Positions 42,501 through 50,903 of a stretch of DNA of 61,373 nucleotides are shown here, one piece after another. The notes beneath the pieces were generated by a model. The model made no database searches. It was not told the DNA's origin and saw only the letters and a list, made by a program, of their open reading frames with translations. A program made the translations under genes and the position numbers. Every line of letters begins with the position of its first letter. Positions within the stretch are counted from its first letter, which is position 1. The DNA is taken from positions 1 through 61,373 of the forward strand of contig MQRK01193516.1 of assembly GCA_001938485.1 (NCBI GenBank), in the 5' to 3' direction. Origin of the DNA: Girardia tigrina (Eukaryota).

Positions 42501-42936
42501 AAAAAATTGTAAAATAATTTTATAAAAATTCCTAAAAATATTTTTTGGATACAAAATAACAAAAAATAATAGAAATAAAATAAATAAAAAATGCAAAAAA
42601 GATTCAGAACGGTCGCATGGACAAAGAAAAGAGCAAGAAGAACGAGTTTTACCAGATGAACGGGTTGAGTGTGTTTCTCGAGAGTTTGGACCAACTGAAT
42701 TCGCGTACAATAGAAAATATAAACGTCTCAAATTTCAAATCAATCGCAAATCAATTACTTGACCGGATTTAGGGTCGACAATTTGTACGTAATTGTTATT
42801 TCCACTCGCCAACAAACCTTGCCAACCGCTTTAGTAAAATGATTTCTTCAGTAAAAAAATCAAATTTATTTACTTACATGTCACTACTAAAAAAATTCTG
42901 AACGTGAAATGAACCGGGTAAAATCTTAAATTTCAT
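1083..42936 (-). CDS. WDR11: WD repeat-containing protein 11; 19 exons in the window, 3' end lies off the left edge
   Basis: Exons: 42936-42878, 42828-42759, 42694-42653, 38151-37998, 37953-37777, 25981-25889, 22991-22835, 20673-20493, 19285-18938, 18878-18625, 17366-17210, 17162-16791, 16746-16694, 16651-16549, 16499-16272, 10985-10811, 5682-5508, 5456-5170, 1408-1083. All are phase-compatible with GT(GC)-AG borders and sum to 1137 aa. Motifs collinear with human WDR11 as recalled: GWQGLLA, VKWAPEN..LASADVSGTIIVWD, VYPREILIMDL, LYCLHENG, IEMIRVSNLKQY, LQHQPW, DRAVRLLLET, EGVQLLC...DACRYLETYHEWKTATWLAK. Confidence 0.92.
1940..2370 (-). pseudogene. Decayed MuDR/Mutator transposase N-terminal fragment
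   Basis: Frameshifted translation FSSIQELVNMFSKSSALKGISFKVIHRNKKCI..C resembles the MuDR DNA-binding region. Confidence 0.45.
2850..4073 (-). mobile_element. Solo LTR, family A, split by a ~0.7-kb insertion
   Basis: Both halves match the copy at 30322-30821; perfect TSD CCAAA. Confidence 0.85.
3251..3959 (-). mobile_element. Helentron-associated (DINE-1/HINE-like) non-autonomous element with a long inverted repeat
   Basis: Subterminal motif ACCACGTTTTT occurs at 3286, inverted near 3546, and near 3950. It also has a (CTGT)n microsatellite and ~120-bp inverted arms at 3251-3375 and 3466-3587. It is inserted in an A/T run. Confidence 0.55.
5170..5682 (-). CDS. WDR11: WDR11 exons 17-18
   Basis: EPVMC...LQHQPW and RCYLTAILLGDDYELKFW; 51-nt intron at 5457-5507. 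Confidence 0.9.
6530..7420 (-). pseudogene. Decayed mariner transposase
   Basis: N-terminal HTH (EIRVLLQNY...ARNWFKKYNGDDTDLRDKSRLG) and LPHTTYSPYLMPSDYHLF (YSPDLAPSDY-like); many stops and frameshifts. Confidence 0.8.
7596..9759. mobile_element. MULE/foldback-type non-autonomous element
   Basis: Inverted arms (GTTTTGGTCCTTGGTACATTTATTTATA and its complement at 9721-9748), internal ~21-bp repeats, and a 9-bp TSD with 8/9 match (TTATTTTTA/ATATTTTTA). Confidence 0.6.
8524..9713 (-). mobile_element. Mariner transposon (Himar1/irritans-like); middle in an N gap
   Basis: Near-perfect terminal inverted repeats (TIRs) CGAGGG(C/T)GGGTCAATAAGTCCGTGACTTT and TA TSD. Transposase starts MEKSEFRVLIKHY and ends WTKCIELKGDYVEK. 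Confidence 0.9.
10811..10985 (-). CDS. WDR11: WDR11 exon 16
   Basis: RIYGADWLDDG...EIRVV aligns with human RILDVDW...CIRVL; phase 0 to 1. Confidence 0.85.
11145..13332 (-). mobile_element. Decayed Ty3/gypsy element lacking RT (gag, protease, RNase H, partial integrase), fused to a partial family-A LTR
   Basis: gag with a CCHC-like knuckle, protease IDTGSS, RNase H (HINMNELD...LMTDSATV), integrase H-H-C-C and SDNAAVF. Candidate 5' LTR TG...CA at 13145-13332; partial family-A LTR at 11145-11358. Confidence 0.85.
13366..13777. mobile_element. hAT-type MITE
   Basis: TIRs CAGTGGCGTCGCTAGG / CCTAGTGACGCTACTG; 8-bp TSD TTTATATC/TTTATATG. Confidence 0.8.
14382..14815 (+). mobile_element. Solo LTR, family A (CA-ended subfamily)
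   Basis: TG...CTTAACA; perfect TSD AGGTT; AATAAA near the 3' end. Confidence 0.85.
15428..15642 (-). mobile_element. Partial LTR, family A (5' part)
   Basis: Reverse complement matches 40915-41110. Confidence 0.75.
16272..17366 (-). CDS. WDR11: WDR11 exons 11-15
   Basis: YPLIAVGNSKG, IHCSIRGIEW, IEMIRVSNLKQY, IIGDYDGSALFWN; introns of 47, 44, 42 and 49 nt. Confidence 0.9.
17494..18170. mobile_element. MITE-like inverted-repeat element (Tc1/pogo-type TA ends)
   Basis: Inverted arms at ~17523-17583 and ~18070-18130; ends TACGGTG...TACAGTA. Confidence 0.5.
18625..19285 (-). CDS. WDR11: WDR11 exons 9-10
   Basis: VYSCWQNDLLYCLHENG...SDTKIQ/TWELQ; separated by a probable GC-AG intron at 18879-18937. 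Confidence 0.85.
19610..20102. mobile_element. hAT-type MITE containing a mariner fragment
   Basis: TIRs CAGTGCTGCCCAACC / GGTTGGCCACCACTG; perfect 8-bp TSD TACTAGCT; mariner HTH fragment (TARDWFAKFKIGNFDLKDAPHSGR) at ~19800-19950 on the minus strand. Confidence 0.85.
20493..20673 (-). CDS. WDR11: WDR11 exon 8
   Basis: CIQLLY...NHIIIVYPREILIMDL...ITLERSTPNFLK. Confidence 0.9.
22045..22263. mobile_element. pogo/Tc-type MITE
   Basis: Inverted repeats TTTTCCGTGTATAAGA.CCC and GGGATCTTATACACGGAAAA. Confidence 0.55.
22592..22631 (+). ncRNA. Minimal type I hammerhead ribozyme, probably in a Penelope-like pseudo-LTR
   Basis: CTGAAGA core, stem II GCCAC-AAAA-GTGGC, GAAA, palindromic AACATGTT, short stem I GAA/TTC. 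A TATA box lies upstream and AATAAA downstream, with (TA)n flanks. Confidence 0.65.
22835..22991 (-). CDS. WDR11: WDR11 exon 7 (divergent linker)
   Basis: Open 157-nt exon with TTTAG acceptor and GTATGT donor. Phase 1 to 2 bridges exons 6 and 8 exactly, but sequence similarity is low. Confidence 0.7.
23068..23745 (+). mobile_element. 3'-truncated decayed mariner
   Basis: TIR-like TTAGGGTGAACCAAAAGTC; MENFEIRVLL...TAQNWFKRFNEG...VPHELT...IVTCNEKWVY with frameshifts and stops. Confidence 0.8.
25341..25759. mobile_element. MITE with subterminal CCTACTATTT repeats; middle in an N gap
   Basis: 14-bp TIR CTAACGGATAACAT / ATGTTATCCGTTAG. Confidence 0.65.
25889..25981 (-). CDS. WDR11: WDR11 exon 6
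   Basis: FVLLVSDFSLTKPPEGNGRKFFI aligns with human ISDFSPSKPPSGPGKKVYI; AG/GT borders, phase 1-1. Confidence 0.85.
27490..28277 (+). mobile_element. Decayed hAT (BED-finger) transposon with right end
   Basis: CKVCQ...MITHLSFQH BED finger; MLAIDLQSIQLVKNTGFVELMPRFQIP; CCGG-rich subterminus ending CCGGTACATCCCTA. Confidence 0.7.
30137..31922 (-). mobile_element. Tc1/IS630-family (DD34E) transposon, inactivated
   Basis: ~44-bp TIRs and TA TSD. Motifs FLDETG, ILIMNNCPMH (second D is N) and YSPQLNPIE. The ORF is frameshifted and its C-terminus is split by a solo LTR. Confidence 0.9.
30322..30821 (+). mobile_element. Solo LTR, family A, inserted in the Tc1 transposase
   Basis: TGTGAGGAA...TTCTTAATA; TSD AAATC (right copy offset by 2 A in a homopolymer). 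Confidence 0.85.
32460..32860 (+). pseudogene. Penelope-like GIY-YIG endonuclease remnant
   Basis: HVVLEYKCNCYGCQNS then (frameshift) YIGETSHHLKTRIIEH. Confidence 0.7.
33357..33500. repeat. (CA)n(TA)n microsatellite around an assembly gap
   Basis: Seen directly; a similar (TA)n run borders the gap at 22444-22523. Confidence 0.9.
34274..35071 (-). pseudogene. ORF with three partly degenerate C2H2 zinc fingers, probably retroelement-derived
   Basis: CHYELCKKTF..H, YPYQYYSRSY..WLTRHFKTDH, CPFAGCSKSM..MLNHGISEH; no ATG start; lies in WDR11 intron 5. Confidence 0.45.
35589..37251 (+). mobile_element. Solo LTR, family B, split by a mariner
   Basis: TGTTAGGG...GATAGCA; perfect TSD TTGTG; both halves match 60846-61251. 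Confidence 0.85.
35720..37033 (+). mobile_element. Mariner transposon, near full length; transposase at 35894-36956 with N gaps
   Basis: TIRs TTGGGTTG(A/G)CCAAAAAGTCATTGCGTTTTT and TA TSD; motifs VWWDFKGI, QHDNARPH, LPHPPYS. Confidence 0.92.
37777..38151 (-). CDS. WDR11: WDR11 exons 4-5
   Basis: VKWAPENFYHDLKKPYSLKLASADVSGTIIVWD and LVMWNTDSGNRVWTKNY; 44-nt intron at 37954-37997. Confidence 0.9.
38563..38850 (+). mobile_element. Partial LTR, family A
   Basis: TATGAGGAATATTT start and TCTCCTACTCAGATGG motif; 3' end missing. Confidence 0.7.
39411..39794 (+). mobile_element. Solo LTR, family A
   Basis: TGTAAGGAA...TTCTTAATA; perfect TSD AACAT. Confidence 0.85.
40915..41416 (+). mobile_element. 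Solo LTR, family A
   Basis: TGTGAGGAA...TTCTCAATA; perfect TSD ATGCT. Confidence 0.85.
42653..42936 (-). CDS. WDR11: WDR11 exons 1-3 (MKFKILPG...GWQGLLA...LEKHTQPVHL)
   Basis: ATG at 42936; GT-AG introns of 49 and 64 nt; matches the WDR11 N-terminus. Confidence 0.85.
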
Positions 42937-43335
42937 CGATTATAAAATTTAAAATTTGAAAAGTTGAATGTTTTTTTAGTTGATTCAAACAAAATTATTT
43001 ACTAATTATTTTTTTTGTCGTTAATTTAATTACGAGAAAGATTTTGATTTAATTTATAAAATAATATTTTTAACGATAATTTTTTTGGCATTATTAACTT
43101 GAAAAGCATTACATTGTTTATATTAATTTAGAAAAGTTTTAACTGCCAACGAATTTTTATCTTCTTATCGGTAAACTTTGTTCTTTTGTACTTCAACAAT
43201 GCCACGACGACTCGAAAATAATTATATAAGAAAAGAAGAATTTCTTATTGATAATCATTTTTTACGTGATAAGATATTTTATATTTTGTTTAGTTACCAT
43301 AAACTTTCTATTTTTTGTTTTATACATTCTACGAG
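42937..43335. promoter_or_regulatory. Probable bidirectional promoter between WDR11 and SPSB
   Basis: Divergent start codons about 400 bp apart with no recognisable transposon between them; inferred from geometry only. Confidence 0.5.
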
Positions 43336-44542
43336 ATGAATTTTATTTTTGATAGTTTTTGTAAAAGATTTTTCAGCCCATCTCAATTATCAAATGTGAC
43401 TGATAGGTCTAACTTAGAGAATTATGAAACTGAAAAACAGAAGTTAAAAAAAAGATATATGAAGTGGATTCGGGGAAAGTTTTTTTATCAGAGAATGTCT
43501 CTTCTATCAGACGTGGCAATACCAAATAAACCGGGTAGAGTTATGATTTCCCACTGGATTCCCTACCTTTTCGAGGAAGGTCAAATAGATGAATATATTC
43601 AGTCACTTAATTCATGGTCTCCGGAGAAAAAGTCTATTAACATACAAATTATGGAAGCCGATCCGTTCACATTCCATCGAAGTCCTGTTGCAAATAGTAC
43701 TGATGCAATACGAGGTAAAGTAGGTGTTTCTACTGGAATTCATATTTGGAAGATACATTGGCCTCAAACAATGAGAGGTACTCATGCAGTGGTTGGAGTG
43801 GCTTCCGATGATTCATTGTTACAATATGACAGCTACATTTCTCTTGTTGGGTATGATAAGGAGTCTTGGGGTTGGGACATTTCCAATTTAATTAAAGTCC
43901 ATGATAATCAGTCGAATTTTTTTGGTTTTCAGAAGTATCCAAACTTTAAAAAATTATGTGACAAATTACCTGTTGAAAAGTCTCATAAAATACCAGATGT
44001 TATTTATATAATTCTTGATATGTATCAGGGCACTTTGTCTTATATGGTAGCTAATAAATTTCTTGGTATAGCTCATTCAGGTTTACGGGGAAAAACCTTG
44101 TATCCGGCCGTTAGTGCCGTGTGGGGCCATTGTGAAGTCACGATGAATTATTTTAATTTTCTAAATGGTGATTTTTATTTATATTTCAAAATTTTATGTG
44201 ATTAATTTTATTTTTATGTGATAAACTTTTGGAATTATGAAAATAACAAATTATTTTAAATAAAATAATTAATTTTATATTAAGATGGTTATTTGCTTCA
44301 ATAAACATAATTCTTATTTTTTATTAGAGCCTCCTAGTCTGAAGAGCCTAAGTTTATACCAATTTAAGAAATTACTCAGATTTCACTGTCTGTTTAATAA
44401 AATATCAAGTTTAAAGTTAGACAGCTTTTTTGAGAAGCTTGTTTCCTCAATCAATTATCAAGATGCTGTTTCCAAACTCGATATTCCAACAGTCCTAAAA
44501 GATTTACTGATGACAAATAAATCTGTAATTGTGAAATTCTGA
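43336..44542 (+). CDS. SPSB1: SPRY domain-containing SOCS box protein (SPSB1/SPSB4/gustavus-like); exons 43336-44167 and 44328-44542
   Basis: SPSB SPRY motifs FHRSPVANSTDAIRGKVG, RGTHAVVGVA, ESWGWD and LYPAVSAVWGHCEV. A phase-1 intron (GTGATT...TTAG) precedes the SOCS box EPPSLKSLS...LDIPTVLKDLL. The start codon is uncertain. Confidence 0.9.
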
Positions 44543-45010
44543 GTGATATTTTAATATGTTTTTAAATAAAAGTTTTTTTCATAATTCTTTTACTTCCAAA
44601 AATATACTCTCTTCAATTTATATTGATAACAACGGGGAAAATATTCATCTCCAGTAATATAAAGTCTTTAAACATCAAATGCGGTATCTATGGATTGTTT
44701 ATTTATAATTTCCTATTTTTTAGAAATAAGGCAATAATAAGTATTATACACATTTTTGCCAATAAAGTTGATACATTAATACATAGGACGATAACTTCCA
44801 AATACAACAAATATGATGTTTATATCGATGTAATTCAAAATGTTTTTTGCATAAATTGTTATATATTTATTTAGGATTAAAATGAAATTTTAATTTTTGA
44901 AATATAAAATTGATTTTAATTATAAATAATGATAAGATACAAATAAAAACCTCTCACTGAAATAAAAAAAACTTATTTAAATAAATTAAAAATTTTATTT
45001 TTATTTATAA

Positions 45011-45182
45011 ATACTTGGTCCTCCTTTTATGCGATAGAAACGTTCCACGGTGCTTAAAAAGACTAGATGATACACCTAAAACAGACTTAAAATAAAAGAA
45101 GGGTTCCATATTTTGTTGAAAGAAATATCAGCATAACTTCAAAAGCACATAAAAATAAACCTCATAAAAAGAGGTCCAAGTG
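45011..45182. mobile_element. Small Tc1-type MITE
   Basis: Imperfect TIRs ACTTGGTCCTCCTTTTATG / CATAAAAAGAGGTCCAAGT. Confidence 0.5.
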
Positions 45183-46611
45183 TAAATAATTTATATTATA
45201 TTAGTTTAATAATGTAAATAAACTTTTTCCTTTAGGAAACTTAAAAATGATACTAAAAAAACAAAGAAAATTGGTTTAATAATTTGTATTTTGACATTAA
45301 TTCGTTTTTCTTAAAAATAACAATTCGTAATATTATTACTTATAATTCATATTCGAATGATTTTTCAATGCAAAATTATGATATACATATATATTATTTT
45401 CTATACTGCTAATTATGTATAAATAATAAATAAATCTAAAATTGTCCCTAAATTATTAACAAAAGTGAAAATATTTAAAAGATCAATTGTTAATACTTTA
45501 AACATTTTTAGAAATTCAACAATTAAAAGTACAAAAAAGATACTACAATAAAAAATCATATTAAATATGCTATAGTTGTATAATAACGATTCTGATACTA
45601 CATAATTTCGAATTTCCCTCAGTGAGTTAGATCAGTCTATTAACAAAAGAGATCTTAAACAGACTATTAAACAAATAGTTGAAATAAAGTTACGAAAACA
45701 TTTATAGAAGAATATACATATTAATACATGAAGCAGGGTTAAAAGCAAGAACCTAATTTTTATCCTTCTAAATACATTAAAAATTTTCATACATTTATAC
45801 CTCCCTCGAGTATTCCAAAATACGAGAAAATAGTTTAATATATTTTAAAAGAAAAAAAACGAAAGCTCTTTAAAATCCTCCATTATATACTTTTAATTAT
45901 CCACATAAATGAACTGTTAAATGGTCTGTAAATTTAGATAAAAGCATTTTTGAAAATATATTAATTGAACATTTTTTGATGTTTCCTTCCATCTTCATCA
46001 TTGTTTAATTTCTGTCAATAATTCAATATAAAAATTTGTGATTTACCTAACTGTCGCTTGCAATAGCTTTCAAAACCTTTTTGTAAAACAGAAAATTTAT
46101 CTATTGAAATGGATGATGTTTTACTCTTACAATACAACAAATGATAAAGACTTGCAATCGATTGTGAATGTATCCTAATCCTAGTTTTGAAATGACAATT
46201 TATCAATTAAATGTGGCCTTCTCAGACTATATGGGTTACTACATAACATCAATAACAGATATGATCTTGACCAAGAGACTTCCTATTAAGTAAAATCTTT
46301 TTATCAGTTCCAGAATATTCTATGACCATTTTGCACGGCCACCGATGCACATCTTCGAACTTTCAAAGTTCAGGCATGTTTTGGCATGACAGATATGTTA
46401 GACCATTTGTGATTTCGGTATCAATATCATTTATTAGGTTCGTGGTTTTGTTCCGATGAAATTTTCGAAGACATTTTTGAAACTTTTATTTAATAACAAC
46501 AATAAACAAATTATTTAAACAAATTTTGCCTAAATACATTTCTGAAGAACGATTTTTAATTTTTCTTGCACAAACCAATAATATCTAAATAATTTTAAAT
46601 ATAAAAATATG

Positions 46612-47350
46612 TTAATTTATTATTTTAAAAATTGAAATTGTGTTAAATTTTTTTACCAATTTTAGTACCATCTCTTCCTCTCTGAAATATCTCTTCCCTC
46701 GACTTTCTTTTTGGTACATCATCCTTTTCTCCGCTGCCGCATCTGCATTGTCTTGAACCTCTTCAGGGATCTGATCCTTGTCGTAAGTTTTCGTTCCAGA
46801 CTCCGAATGGATGTTTATTTTCCGGTCATAAACGATCTCGAAAGGTGAGAATTTAGTTGAATCTTGCAGAGTTGCACCCATTTCGTTAAAAACTCATTAA
46901 AGATTTGTTTATCCGACTCAACTCTGAGTATAAAACACTGTTAACTAGTTTCTTTACCCGGATTTCAAACGTGGCAAATCTCTCTTTTGCATCTTGCTTG
47001 ACATTCGCCAGTTCCATAAAATTATCCAAGATTGACTTCTTCGCCATAAATGTGTCGCGAAACCAATCTTGAGCTTCCATCTGAGTCATTTCATCCGTTC
47101 TTGAATCCTTCCATGATTCCCTAGCTTCTTCAGACAATAATAAATCAAATGCACTCGCCAAAGGCAAGTCATTTAATGACAGCAATTCCTCGATATCCTT
47201 TAGCCATTTTCCATTTCTTGCGAATCTCTACAGTCAAACTTATGGACATTGAAATTGAGAATTTCTTGAGTCTTCTTTGGCAGCGATGCAAGCAAAATAT
47301 TTCCTTGTTAGCTTCTCGTAATTGCGTTGATATTTTCGACGTGGTCGCCA
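46612..47350 (-). mobile_element. Internally deleted gypsy-like remnant (primer-binding site, gag, integrase tail)
   Basis: PBS-like TGGCGACCAC at 47350-47341. gag-like WFRDTF...LANVKQDAKERFATFEIRV is joined to an integrase-tail-like STKFSPFEIVYDR. Confidence 0.6.
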
Positions 47351-47689
47351 GTAACGTTTTTAGATTCTTTAAAATCCATAAGTCAAATTCCGCGTACAAG
47401 CAAAATATATTATTTAAACAAAACAATATTTAACAATTAATCAATCACACGTAACTTACTTATTTAAAATTCAGTTTGATATCTTCCATTTACATTAGTG
47501 ACAAAAATTTCAAGAAAAGAAAGTTTATTATTAATTTCCATTTATATAATTAAATTATTACTAGAAGGAAGACCATTGAATAATTTTAAGAAAGGTTCTA
47601 TGGGAGATTAATTTCTAAATACCAAAATGAAATTCTTTTTATATCTCTTACTACATAGGATTTTAATTAAGATTCTCATTGATAGGATC

Positions 47690-48120
47690 TCCAAGAGACT
47701 TCATAAACATTGAAAAAAACATTTGGAAACTCATGGAGACTTCAAATTCTGAATGCATCATTTATCATTAAAATGTGTCATTTTTCTGACAAAACTTTAG
47801 AAGTTCTTACAATTTCTGTCTCTTTATTATCTTGTTCAAAGAATAAAAGTTTTCCTCCCAAAAGTTTTCACACAGATCAATAATTTCATCGATTTGCCGA
47901 TTTATTAAAAAAACATGGAGATATCAAATGTGGCCGTGTCTTTAGAGTCAAATGAAGGTATTTGATTTTAAATGAAAATGTAACCTTCTATTTCAGAAGT
48001 TTCTCAAATTTCTGATAAATATTGATTCTATCAATGTACTCCGATTTGCTAAGTATGACGAGATTAGAATCTTTATTTGTAACAAATATATCTTTATTTC
48101 TCTTAACTTATTCAATGTTC
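47690..48120 (-). pseudogene. Possible Penelope-like RT remnant
   Basis: LRENKDIFVTNKDSNLVILSKSEYIDRI resembles the Penelope ADKG..VVIL.K.DY motif; heavily decayed. Confidence 0.4.
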
Positions 48121-49980
48121 CTTCTTCTTTTTTTCTTACTTTTTATTTTGCTTTTAATATAAATATTTGTACCTTTCTTTGATGAAAATTGTTTGTCATA
48201 CTGTTGAGTATAAATAATAAAAGTATTTAATAAAAAATATTTTTGTTCTAATTAACAGATAAAATAAGATTTATTTATCTCGTTACCTAATTAAATATAA
48301 TTTATATATAAATAAGTAAATTAGAAAAAAGGAAAAGGATAAATAATCAACAATAAAATAAGAAGTATTTATCATGAAAAGACAATTAAATTATTTTTAA
48401 AGTAAATAAATATATAAAAATAAAAAAGAGAGGACTATAAAAGAAGGAGAAAAAAGAATAAAAGTACACAAATTTTATATATAAAGAAAGGTCAAATTAA
48501 TTAAGTTGATCTAAAAGNNNNNNNNNNNNNNNNNNNNNNNNNNNNNNNNNNNNNNNNNNNNNNNNNNNNNNNNNNNNNNNNNNNNNNNNNNNNNNNNNNN
48601 NNNNNNNNNNNNNNNNNNNNNNNNNNNNNNNNNNNNNNNNNNNNNNNNNNNNNNNNNNNNNNNNNNNNNNNNNNNNNNNNNNNNNNNNNNNNNNNNNNNN
48701 NNNNNAGAGAAATCATTAAAAGAAGAAGGTGTGAAATTATATATAAATTATATATTTTATAATATATTTTTATATATCTTTTATTAAATTTCTTGTGGGC
48801 AAGAGTACTTCCTCTTCTCACGTTACCTAAAATTTAAACTCATAAATAGGTTAAGTTTCCTTTTAAATATTCGAACAAGATTTGTAATTGTACATAAATA
48901 AATATATTTTAATAAAAAGAAATCTTCGTGTTTTAATTTCTTATTGAATTAACGCATAATCACCTATATCCCAACAATACCATAAAATATCTTAAATTGG
49001 GGATTGTTTTCCTTTATGGAACACGTTTTATTTTGAAGAGTTCAAAGCATTTTTATTTTCATTTTTGATGTAGTAATTATCCATACCAATTATAATTTTT
49101 TCCACGTTGATGATACACATATTCAATTTCAGAGTCCAATCACCATGTATTCAACGAAGAAAAAGGATCAAATTTTAAAATCAAGCATTCTTCGTTTGTT
49201 AATTCATAAAAAAATCGAAGTTTACTTGAAAATGTTTTTTTTGGATAAAATAAAAAATCAAAGTTGAAAAGTTATCATTTTGATTCTTAAAAAATTACAA
49301 AAAAAGGAAAAATTTATTAGTTATCCTTTCGAAACTAAATCTAACTCAAGCCGAACAAATACTCAAATAATTTATTTACTTTTACTAGTTCTAGAAATTT
49401 TTCTATTAACAGTTGATGAAAAAAATCCTCGGATTATTTAATCAACTTTTTAATTAATCCGAAGAGACCGTTCCGTTAACATTCTCCAATTATTATACTA
49501 TAATTGCTATTATTTTGCAGTACTATTCACTTTCTCATCGATAAGGGATCAAGAAGTTAACCCACATTGCCTGCCATATAATATACGACTATCAAATAAT
49601 AACGAATCTAGCAAGTTAGATATTACTATAGTTTCTTTGAACAAACTTATCTTCTGGTCACTCTTGATTCTTTTGTGTAGGCTGTTACGCCTCTTTTCTT
49701 TTTTTCGTTCAGCGTTTTTTGTTGAATATCTAATTAATTTATTTATACAAAAACTAAATCTATTTGACATATAATTCAACAAGAAAATTCACCAAACAAC
49801 ACCAAAGTTCTCATTAGTTTTCTTTTAGAATTAATATTAATGTATTTCTATAGCAATAATTCGTTAAGAATTATTAATTAAAAGATAAAAAAATTTAGAT
49901 AAATTAAACATAACTCTCTACTAAAGCGAAAAGTTATTTTTAATTTAATATTTCTATAAAAGCAAAAATAATTTCTGATG

Positions 49981-50903
49981 TGCTAAGAGAACTCACACAT
50001 TGATTTAAAGTTTTATTAGAAAAACCAATTGGGATCATCCTTAATACAATCCATAGATAAACATTCATTGGTAGGCATTCCTATACAAGATTAATAATAT
50101 TTATCTAATTATCTGAACCATTTTGAAACCTAAAAAATCTTCAAAAATATTTACTACAAATTTCATTGGTTAGAAAAAAAATAAAAAATAATTATTTAAA
50201 AATATTATTTTGCTTTAATATTTAAAATTTCATATGAAATTTATATAATATAATATAATTATTTTAATATTATTAAGAACAATATTTAAATTTTCAATAT
50301 ATTTATTTGTATCACAACTTGAATTGGCACTAGGACGATTCCCCACAAAAATTGCGTGGTTAATCATCGTTCTTGATTTTTAATAATATTTTTAAACGTC
50401 TTATTAATCAAACAAATTTAAATTAAAATTTAATTTACAATTCGATTATAAAATAATTTATAATTATAAATTTAATAATTTAAATTAAACAATAATTTTT
50501 ATTTATTTTAAGAAAAATATTTTTAAAATATTATTTATGATATATTAATCTAACTTTAAAGTTGGTTATTTAAATTTAATAATGGATTAAATAATCCGAT
50601 GTTTTAAAATATTAAAAATATCAATCTTCTATTTTGGTGGGAGAAGCACAATCCTAAAACAACATACCAAATAACATAAAATAAACACCATTCAAAAATA
50701 TTCCTCACAAATATAATATAGTATTACTTAAGGATTTACAATGATATTAAATTAAATTGAGATAATATATATTAATTAAATTCATATTAGTTTCAGATTT
50801 GAAGAATTAAAATATTAATCATCAATCTGGTTTGGAAAGACAATTCCAAAACAACACACAATATTCAAACGCAAAGTATCAAACATTCTAAACATTCATC
50901 ATG
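49981..50903 (-). mobile_element. Older family-A solo LTR hosting a younger one
   Basis: 3' end ATGTGTGAGTTCTCTTAGCA at 49981; 5' part at 50780-50903; TSD TGATG/TAATG (4/5). Confidence 0.65.
50271..50709 (-). mobile_element. Solo LTR, family A (nested)
   Basis: TGTGAGGAA...TTCTTAATA; perfect TSD AATAT. Confidence 0.85.

Noticed and set aside
42110-42640. Degenerate ~35-bp direct repeat (GATTCAGAA...ACAAAGAAAAG) near 42117 and 42601
   Set aside because: Short old local duplication in A-rich intron sequence with no further structure.
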